Positions 1 to 6,467 of a DNA stretch of 17,498 nucleotides are shown piece after piece (positions within the stretch are counted from its first letter, which is position 1; each line of letters starts with the position of its first letter). The stretch lies in contig JBDKRC010000281.1 of the NCBI GenBank assembly GCA_039683575.1, forward strand, positions 1-17,498. Reading direction: 5' to 3'. This DNA comes from Armatimonadia bacterium. GTDB taxonomy: Bacteria; Armatimonadota; Zipacnadia; Zipacnadales; UBA11051. The translations under genes were made by a program, and so were the position numbers. The notes beneath the pieces were generated by a model, which searched no databases, was not told where the DNA came from, and saw nothing but the letters and a program-made list of their open reading frames with translations.

Positions 1-40
1 ACTGCACCGTTGCCAACTCGTGAGATACCCAATCAGACAT
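1..40 (-). CDS. IS4-family (IS50/Tn5-like) transposase, N-terminal fragment running off the window start
   Basis: Hand translation from ATG at 40 gives MSDWVSHELATVQ(L/F), preceded by SD GAGGTG (54-49). This fits the W-x-x-x-E...LGD-x-R N-terminus of IS50-group transposases, and it lies just inside an IS50-like end. Only 13 codons are visible. Confidence 0.7.
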   Translation of the reverse strand, partial: MSDWVSHELATVQ

Positions 41-65
41 GCTTGAATCACCTCAAGCATCGTCT
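35..65 (-). promoter_or_regulatory. Hairpin overlapping the transposase SD and start codon
   Basis: ATGCTTGA (39-46) pairs with TCAAGCAT (53-60), extended by AGAC/GTCT across a 1-nt bulge. The SD and AUG fall in the stem-loop. Confidence 0.6.
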
Positions 66-123
66 ATTCTTGAGCAGGTGTCCAGAACCTCCTGCCAAAA
101 ACCAAAATGTGTGTAATGGGTAG

Positions 124-225
124 GACCGTACCCCGCCGGCCGTTATCCACGACTAACCACGCGTAGGGGCGGACCGTGGTCCGCCAGGCCCTACCCGAGC
201 GGCGGGGTACGAGCCCCCGCCCTAC
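124..225. repeat. Cluster of GTAG-type REP-like palindromes, one truncated by the IS
   Basis: GTAGG-GGCGGACC-GT-GGTCCGCC at 163-185 (+). GTAG-GGCGGGG-GCTCGTA-CCCCGCC at 225-201 (-). Half element GACCGTA-CCCCGCC at 124-137. 12-bp inverted repeat 127-138/200-211. Confidence 0.75.
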
Positions 226-242
226 AGCCAGAGAAGGGCGAA

Positions 243-1487
243 CTAGTACGCAAACTCCTCCGCGACCTCGCGCGCCATCTGTGCCCACTCGTGCAGCCGC
301 CGCGGCTCGCTGTGGATCGTGCTGATGTCCTTGAGGATGATCTCCACCGCGCACCCGCGCAGCTTCTCCATGTCCTCCGCCAGCTCCCGCCGAGCCAACT
401 CCCGGTCCCACGGGTCAATCGCGAAGATCGCCGGATTGGGCTTCAGCGACGCCACGTAGTCCTTCCCCAGCCGCTCCGCCGACAGCGCCTTGTCAGCCTT
501 CGGGCTGACCGATACCTTCCGCAGGTTCGGGATGCGGCGCAGCAACTCGATCTTGTTGTGCAACGGCTCGCAGCACCCGTAGTACGTCACCCCCCACTTC
601 TCCAGCCACCGCATCTCGTGGCGCAGCGCGAACTCCCAGTGCATGTCCGGCGAAATCTCCGAGAATATCTGCGGCGTCGCGCAGCCCCAGAGGTCCACGG
701 GACGAACGTGTGCCGGGTCGCAGTCAGGCTGCGGCAAGGCCGACGTGTGGTGCAGCCCCCCTGACCCGACGCCATCCCCTGCCGTCGGCAAGGACAGCAG
801 GTTGAGCTCTTCCCACTGCCGCAGACGCCCCAGATAGCCGTCCAACAAGCGTTCCATGCAGGCGTTGACCAGTTCGGGGTTGAGGACCATGTCGAGCATC
901 GCGCGCTCGACGCCATACCACGTGATGAGCAGGTCCCACGGGGCGAACCACAGGTGGCTGATGCCATGCTGACGGACCGGCATGATGTCGCCGAACAGCT
1001 CGTTCATGTGCTCCAGGCCGCGCGCCGAAGCCGCCTCATCGTGCGTGATCTGGGGCAGCTTGATCTTCTGGACATCATCGAGGGTCTGGAACTGCTCGTG
1101 GAAGTGCCGGCTGGCAAGCCCGCTGGAGGTGTTGACGTCAGAGATCTCACCAATGCCAAAGCCAGTGTCGCCGATGGCCTTGCCGCAGTTGATGACCGGC
1201 TCGAAGACGAAGTCGTCCCTCATGTACCGCCACTGGTACAAGGCCTGCCGGAAGCCATTCTCAAGCCCGCGCGCGCCCTGATCCTCGCATTGAAGCTGCA
1301 GCTCCTCTTCCCCGCCGAACTCATGCCAGGGAATCTGGAAAATGCGCACGAGCGGCCGCACCGGCCGCAGGTCGTTGAGCCCGCGCCACATGGCCTGCGT
1401 CTCCTGCTGGACGGGCAGGTTGGCGATCTCGGCGATCCGCGAGGCAAGCTCGCGCAGGACGGTTCGGTCGCTGGAAGACATGGCCAT
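243..1487 (-). CDS. Uroporphyrinogen decarboxylase / MtaA-like TIM-barrel protein of unknown function (414 aa)
   Basis: Start reassigned to ATG 1487 (SD AGGAG 7 nt upstream). Motifs PWD...YGVERAMLDMVLNPELV, ISPDMHWEF and YYGCCEPLH resemble the UroD/MetE-like superfamily. No signal peptide. Confidence 0.7.
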   Translation of the reverse strand: MAMSSSDRTVLRELASRIAEIANLPVQQETQAMWRGLNDLRPVRPLVRIFQIPWHEFGGEEELQLQCEDQGARGLENGFRQALYQWRYMRDDFVFEPVINCGKAIGDTGFGIGEISDVNTSSGLASRHFHEQFQTLDDVQKIKLPQITHDEAASARGLEHMNELFGDIMPVRQHGISHLWFAPWDLLITWYGVERAMLDMVLNPELVNACMERLLDGYLGRLRQWEELNLLSLPTAGDGVGSGGLHHTSALPQPDCDPAHVRPVDLWGCATPQIFSEISPDMHWEFALRHEMRWLEKWGVTYYGCCEPLHNKIELLRRIPNLRKVSVSPKADKALSAERLGKDYVASLKPNPAIFAIDPWDRELARRELAEDMEKLRGCAVEIILKDISTIHSEPRRLHEWAQMAREVAEEFAY

Positions 1488-1536
1488 GGAGAAGCTCCTG
1501 TGGGAGGGGGCACTGACCCCGACGCTGCGCCATGTG

Positions 1537-1563
1537 TTCCGTGTCAAAGGTTGCCATACCTGC
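1537..1563 (-). promoter_or_regulatory. Putative sigma-H-like promoter, GCAGG-N18-GGAA
   Basis: GCAGG TATGGCAACCTTTGACAC GGAA, 49 nt upstream of ATG 1487. Confidence 0.65.
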
Positions 1564-1572
1564 TTCGGCGAA
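1546..1572 (+). promoter_or_regulatory. Putative sigma-H-like promoter, variant AAAGG-N18-CGAA
   Basis: AAAGG TTGCCATACCTGCTTCGG CGAA, 30 nt upstream of ATG 1603. It overlaps the divergent copy. Confidence 0.55.
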
Positions 1573-1602
1573 CCTGACCAATAGCCTCGGGAGGTGTCAG
1601 AA

Positions 1603-4578
1603 ATGAACCGCTTGGTGCTCCTCGTCTCCTGCATCCTCATTTGTGCGATGACGTTCGCTGCCGAACCCGGTCTCGTCGGCCACTGGCGCTTCGATGCGCC
1701 CGGGCCGCAGGTGCCCGACCTCTCTGGCAAGGGCCACCCGGCGACACTGGCTGGCGGTGAGGTCATGACCGATGGCGACCGCCGCTTCCTGCACATGGAC
1801 GGCCAGACGCGCCTCGAGGTGCCGTCTGCCCCCGAGTTCAACGTGCGCCCCGGCTTCTCCATTGAAACCCGCCTGCGACCCACAGACCTCCGGGACGGGC
1901 GCCTACTGGTCTTCAAGGACAACGAATACCTGCTACGTATTGACTGGCCGGTTGAGGGCAGCCGCCTGTCCTGGTTCGTACACGAGGCCGACGGCTGGGA
2001 GCCGAGGGCAAGCGCCCCTGCGCCCGTTGAGGGCCAATGGCTGCATGTTGTGGCCATCTGGGACGGGCTGCGCCTGACGCTGTGGGTGAACGGGCTGCCC
2101 TACACTCAGACCAAGCAGGAAGCCCCACCACAGGCGACCGCGAACCCGCTGGTCATCGCGTCAAAGACCAACTATGGTGCCGGGCTGATCGGCGATCTCG
2201 AGTATGTGAAGATATACAATCGCGCGCTCACGACCACCGAAGTCATCAAGGCCGCCTACGGAACGGGTGGCGGGCCACTCTCCCCGCTGACGGCGCAGGC
2301 CGGCTTCGACTTCACCAAGGGCCTCGGTGGCTGGCTGGCACGCGACGGGCAGGCGCAGGTAACTCCGGCTGGTGTGTCGCTGAAAACCTCCGCCCCCTCC
2401 ACGAGCCTGCTCCATGACAACCTGAACGCTGACATCTCCCGCCTCGACTACCTGACCCTGCGCATGACGGCGGATCAGGGCAGCACCGCGACGCTCGTAT
2501 TCGTTACCAGCGCCGGGGCTGGCCGGGTGCCGCTCCCGATCCAGGCCGATTGCAAGCCCCACACCTACCTGCTCGAGCCCTGGCAGACCCCGGGCTGGGG
2601 CGGCAAGCTCATGATGCTGGGGTTGCTCCCTTCGGACGCCCTGGGGGCCACGGCGACGATACAGTACCTGAAGGTAACGGCGGAGCCTGAGGGCGAGGGG
2701 GAACTGCTGCTGGAGGGCCTCAGTTCCGACACCACGCTGCCCCGGGTGGGCCGTCCCGAGAGGCTCACGTTGCGCCTGCGCAACACCGGCGGCCCCGCGA
2801 AAGCCGTTAAGGTCACGCTGCAGACACCCAAAGGCGTCGCTTTGCAGGGCCCAGCGATGCAAGTGCTTCCGGCGTTGGCGTACGGGCAGCAGCAGGAGCT
2901 GACCTGGACCGTGCAAGCGCGGCAGGCCGTAATGGGCGACTTCCGGGCCACGGCGTCGGGCCAGGGCACCAACACCGCCGCGCTCACGACCCGCATCGGC
3001 TTCCTGCCAGCTCTGAAGCTGCCTAAGGCCGCCTACGTCCCGGAGCCCAAGCCCGTGGACACCGGCCCCTACGAGATCTGGACCCACTACTGCCCCCTCT
3101 GGAAGACAGGCACCCACTACGGCTGGGGCAAAATCGAGCCCTACCCCGAACGCAAGCCGGTGCTGGGCTGGTATAACGAGGGCACACCCGAAGTCGCCGA
3201 CTGGCACATCAAGTACTGGCTCGAGCATGGCATCAGCGGGGTCGTCTACTGCTGGTACCGCAGCAGCATCAACGGCCCTGTGACCCAGTCCATCGGCCAT
3301 GCGCTGCATGACGGGCTGCTGAAGGCCAAGTACCTGCCGAAGATCAAGTTCGGGATCATGTGGGAGAACGGCTGCGCGCAGGGGGTAGGCTCTGAGGACG
3401 ACTTGCTCAACAACGTGCTGCCCTACTGGCTGGACAACTACTTCACCAACCCCTCGTACGTCAAGATTGACGGCAAGCCGGTCCTGTACGTGTGGGTCCC
3501 CGGTAATGTCACCAAGAATCTGGGCGGCAGCGACAAGGTGAAGATCGCCTTCGACAAGATGCGGGCCAAGTGCCGCGAGCGAGGGCTGCCGGGCCTGTAC
3601 ATTGTCGCCTGCGCGGGCGGGGCGAACAAAGAGGCGCTGCAGCGCATTGCGGCGGAGGGCTGGGATGCGACCTCGGCCTATGGCAACGGCTGGATACCGC
3701 CCAAGGACAGCCGCCGCAGCGGCAACCTGCTCTCTGCGCCCGCCGAGGGCTTCATACCGCAGCAGGAAGCAATCTGGAAGGCCAAGCAGGAGATCGGAGC
3801 CTTGCCCGACATCACCGCCGCGATGATGGGCTGGGATGCCCGTCCGTGGGGCTCGTCGCAGTTCTACTGGTCCGACAATACCCCCGAGAAGTTCCGCGAG
3901 CTATGCCAGCGCGCCAAGGCAGTCATGGACTCACGCCCCGGCAACGGCCCCGACCGCAAGAACGTCATCTTCTGCTGCTGGAATGAGTTCGGCGAGGGCC
4001 ACTACATCGAGCCCACGCGCGGCTATGGGTTCAGCTACATAGACACCATCCGCGACGTCTTCAGCAAGGTCCCGCGTGATCACGTGGATGTGGCGCCGGA
4101 GGACGTAGGCCTGGGACCCTATGACTCATGGTATCAGCAGGCCAAGCAGACCGCCCTGAAGGCCACTCCCCTGCAGACGGCATGGACGGGGGCCGATGTG
4201 GGTGCCTGGGGCGCGACGATGGGCATCAAGGACCTTCAGGTCAAGGACGGGGTGCTGCGCCTGGTCGCGGCCACGCGCGATCCCGCGCTCTCCTCACCCG
4301 CGCTGCGCGTGCGGGGCAACCGCTTCAGCCGCGTCGTGGTGGAGATGCGCGTGAGCGAGGCCAGCGGGGCGCAACTCTTCTGGACCAACACCGCCGAGCC
4401 CCGCGCGAACGAGCGCGCCAGCATCAGGCTGCAGACCGTGGCGGACGGCCAGTTCCACAAGCTGGTCTACGAGGTCGGCAAGAACGAGACGTGGGGCGGC
4501 TGCGTAACGGGCTTCAGGTTCGACCCGACGGACGTCGAGGGCGCTGTGGTCGAGATCAAGTCGATCACACTCGAGTAG
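1603..4578 (+). CDS. Secreted multidomain protein: LamG-like jellyroll, CBM-like sandwich, Ig-like domain, GH99-like/WbsX catalytic domain, second CBM-like sandwich (991 aa)
   Basis: ATG 1603 with SD GGAGG. Signal peptide MNRLVLLVSCILICAMTFAA. LamG motifs GLVGHWRFD, WLHVVAIWDG..LTLWVNG and VKIYNRALT. GH99-like motifs PVLGWY, YCWY, YVKIDGKPV, GWDARPW and WNEFGEGHYIEP. Confidence 0.85.
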   Translation: MNRLVLLVSCILICAMTFAAEPGLVGHWRFDAPGPQVPDLSGKGHPATLAGGEVMTDGDRRFLHMDGQTRLEVPSAPEFNVRPGFSIETRLRPTDLRDGRLLVFKDNEYLLRIDWPVEGSRLSWFVHEADGWEPRASAPAPVEGQWLHVVAIWDGLRLTLWVNGLPYTQTKQEAPPQATANPLVIASKTNYGAGLIGDLEYVKIYNRALTTTEVIKAAYGTGGGPLSPLTAQAGFDFTKGLGGWLARDGQAQVTPAGVSLKTSAPSTSLLHDNLNADISRLDYLTLRMTADQGSTATLVFVTSAGAGRVPLPIQADCKPHTYLLEPWQTPGWGGKLMMLGLLPSDALGATATIQYLKVTAEPEGEGELLLEGLSSDTTLPRVGRPERLTLRLRNTGGPAKAVKVTLQTPKGVALQGPAMQVLPALAYGQQQELTWTVQARQAVMGDFRATASGQGTNTAALTTRIGFLPALKLPKAAYVPEPKPVDTGPYEIWTHYCPLWKTGTHYGWGKIEPYPERKPVLGWYNEGTPEVADWHIKYWLEHGISGVVYCWYRSSINGPVTQSIGHALHDGLLKAKYLPKIKFGIMWENGCAQGVGSEDDLLNNVLPYWLDNYFTNPSYVKIDGKPVLYVWVPGNVTKNLGGSDKVKIAFDKMRAKCRERGLPGLYIVACAGGANKEALQRIAAEGWDATSAYGNGWIPPKDSRRSGNLLSAPAEGFIPQQEAIWKAKQEIGALPDITAAMMGWDARPWGSSQFYWSDNTPEKFRELCQRAKAVMDSRPGNGPDRKNVIFCCWNEFGEGHYIEPTRGYGFSYIDTIRDVFSKVPRDHVDVAPEDVGLGPYDSWYQQAKQTALKATPLQTAWTGADVGAWGATMGIKDLQVKDGVLRLVAATRDPALSSPALRVRGNRFSRVVVEMRVSEASGAQLFWTNTAEPRANERASIRLQTVADGQFHKLVYEVGKNETWGGCVTGFRFDPTDVEGAVVEIKSITLE

Positions 4579-4583
4579 AAGCG

Positions 4584-4623
4584 AAAAGGGGGCCGTCCCG
4601 GCGGATGCGGGACGGCCCCTTCG
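4584..4623. terminator. Intrinsic terminator between convergent genes, probably bidirectional
   Basis: 12-bp stem GGGGCCGTCCCG (4589-4600) / CGGGACGGCCCC (4608-4619). AAAA at 4584-4587 gives a short U tract on the minus strand. Confidence 0.8.
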
Positions 4624-4646
4624 TGTCTGCAGCGTTCTTCCAGAGC

Positions 4647-6329
4647 CTAGACAGGCACCAGCTCCACGCCAGCCGCGCTCAGGCCCTCCGGCGCGTCGGG
4701 ATTGATCGTTTCGGCCCTCAGCACCACCGACACCTCGCCGGGCTCGCTCAGGCGCACAGTACCGACCGTGGTCACGAACTCCGGGAAGTACTGCGCCCTG
4801 GGGCTGTCCACTGCTTCCTCGCTCGTCAAGGTCCCGCTCACTTCCTGCCCCGCCACCGTCACCTTCACAGTGTGCCCCGCCGCCGCAGCGGTATTGTGGC
4901 GGTTTGACCCCACGATTACGCGCACCGCGAACTCGCCCGGCTCGCTAAGCTTGAAGGTCCACTTCAGGCTCATTGCAGGGTCCTTCCAGCCGGTGATGAT
5001 CCCCGCCCGCGACAGCGTCAGATCGCCACGGTCGGCGAGATATGCCGGCAGCGGCGCCTTCCCGCTGGCATCCTGGAAAATCGACGTATCCACGTCAAGC
5101 ACGCCGTCGAACTCCACGGCGACCACCGGAACCAGTGTGCCCGGGGCAAAGGCCGGCAGGTCGAGGCTCAGCGAGACTCCATTCTGCTCGTAAGGCACCA
5201 GCGCCGATGAGCCGAGCACCGAGGCGTTCGTGACCTTGTTACGCAGGCCATACAGCTTGAAGCTCTTCGGCTGCTTGTAGAACAGCAGGTAGAGCTTGTT
5301 GTCCTTGCAGGTCACCCGTCCCCAGTCGAACTCATACGGCCACGGGTTGGGGCTACTGCCATGGATGGCCTCGCCGTTGACATCCATCCACTTGCCGATC
5401 TCAAGCAGCCGGTCCACGCTCGGCTGGGGGATGAGCCCTTCACCAGTCGGGCCGACGTTCAGGAGGTAGTTGACGCCCTTGCTGGTCAGGTCTACGAGCA
5501 GGTACAGCAGGTCCTTAACCGACTTCCAGTTGTGGTCGTCGCTCTTGAAGCCCCAGGTGTCGTTCATCGTCGCCGGGGTCTCCCAGTCGCCCTGCACCGG
5601 CCCGGAGGGGATCTGGTTGTCGCCGAGGCTGCCATAGTCGCCCAGGTCATGCCCAACGCGGCCCGAGACCAGACATTCAGGCTGCAGCGAGTGTACGAAG
5701 TCCTTCAGCCCCTGGCTCTGTTCCGTCGTGATGGCCACCGGCGTATCGAACCAGATCAAGCCGATGGGGCCATAGTTGGTCAGAAGCTCGCGCAGTTGCG
5801 GCTTGACCTTGTCCTCGAGGTACTGCGCAAACCTCGCCGGGTCCGGCTTGTCCTGGCTCCAGTTGCCCGTGACAGCCTCTTCCCAGTGGCCTGACGCCCC
5901 AGGCGCCGCCCAGTCCTGGTCCTGCGAGTAGTAGAAGCACATCCGCAAGCCGTGCCGCGCGCACGCCTCGGCGAGGTCCTTCATCACGTCGTGCTTGTAC
6001 GGCGTGGCATCCGCGATGTTGTAGGGGTTTGATGACTTGAACATCGCAAACCCGTCGTGGTGCTTGGCCGTGATGACGAGGTACTTCATCCCCGCCTTCG
6101 CAGCGACGCTCACCCACTCTTCAGCGTTGAACTTGACCGGGTTGAACTCTTTGGCCTGCGCGGCGTACTCCTCCAGTGGAATCTTCGCGTTGCGCATGAC
6201 CCACTCGCCGATGCTCGGGATGGCCTTGCCCTTCCAGAAGCCCGCAGGTACGGCATAGAGGCCCCAGTGAATGAAAAGGCCAAAGCGCGCCTCGCGCCAC
6301 CAGGCCAGCGGATCGGATGTCTTGCTCAT
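4647..6329 (-). CDS. Alpha-L-fucosidase (GH29) with C-terminal beta-sandwich extension (560 aa)
   Basis: WWREARFGLFIHWGLY, AGMKYLVITAKHHDGF, LLTNYG..GLIWFD (nucleophile), WETPATMNDTWGF and LLNVGP. SD AAAGGA. No signal peptide. Confidence 0.95.
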   Translation of the reverse strand: MSKTSDPLAWWREARFGLFIHWGLYAVPAGFWKGKAIPSIGEWVMRNAKIPLEEYAAQAKEFNPVKFNAEEWVSVAAKAGMKYLVITAKHHDGFAMFKSSNPYNIADATPYKHDVMKDLAEACARHGLRMCFYYSQDQDWAAPGASGHWEEAVTGNWSQDKPDPARFAQYLEDKVKPQLRELLTNYGPIGLIWFDTPVAITTEQSQGLKDFVHSLQPECLVSGRVGHDLGDYGSLGDNQIPSGPVQGDWETPATMNDTWGFKSDDHNWKSVKDLLYLLVDLTSKGVNYLLNVGPTGEGLIPQPSVDRLLEIGKWMDVNGEAIHGSSPNPWPYEFDWGRVTCKDNKLYLLFYKQPKSFKLYGLRNKVTNASVLGSSALVPYEQNGVSLSLDLPAFAPGTLVPVVAVEFDGVLDVDTSIFQDASGKAPLPAYLADRGDLTLSRAGIITGWKDPAMSLKWTFKLSEPGEFAVRVIVGSNRHNTAAAAGHTVKVTVAGQEVSGTLTSEEAVDSPRAQYFPEFVTTVGTVRLSEPGEVSVVLRAETINPDAPEGLSAAGVELVPV

Positions 6330-6368
6330 CAGCTTGCGGTCCTTTCGTGTCTGGTATGAGGGCGCCTA

Positions 6369-6395
6369 TTCGCCCGGAGACCGCCCCTGTCCTGC
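6369..6395 (-). promoter_or_regulatory. Putative sigma-H-like promoter, GCAGG-N18-CGAA
   Basis: GCAGG ACAGGGGCGGTCTCCGGG CGAA(TA), 39 nt upstream of the fucosidase ATG. Confidence 0.7.
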
Positions 6396-6402
6396 CCGTA
6401 CC

Positions 6403-6429
6403 GCAGGAGAAACCCTTTCCGGACGGGAA
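6403..6429 (+). promoter_or_regulatory. Putative sigma-H-like promoter, GCAGG-N18-GGAA
   Basis: GCAGG AGAAACCCTTTCCGGACG GGAA, 38 nt upstream of TTG 6468. Confidence 0.65.
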
Positions 6430-6467
6430 ACTACTAACGCCAAATGCGCCACAACAGGAGCACTGCC

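Larger units (their letters stand above)
1..123 (-). mobile_element. Left end of an IS4-family (IS50-group) insertion sequence
   Basis: The segment is AT-richer than the rest of the window. It ends in CTACCCATTACACACATTT (minus, 123-105), 13/19 identical to the Tn5 mosaic end CTGTCTCTTATACACATCT, and is followed inward by a transposase-like start. Confidence 0.75.

Noticed and set aside
66-100. GCAGG-N18 promoter for the transposase
   Set aside because: GCAGG occurs on both strands here, but neither has (C/G)GAA at 18 nt. Only off-spacing matches exist, so it was not counted.
1488-2057. 190-aa N-terminal extension of the 604-aa minus ORF
   Set aside because: It overlaps the LamG gene antisense and has R/S/P-rich non-protein-like composition. 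A good SD and the promoter motif point to ATG 1487.
6391-6407. CCTGC-N7-GCAGG (and CCTGC-N8-GCAGG at 11711-11728) as a palindromic repressor operator
   Set aside because: Spacing differs between sites and each half has its own N18-SGAA partner, so back-to-back -35 elements explain it better. An operator role is not fully excluded.
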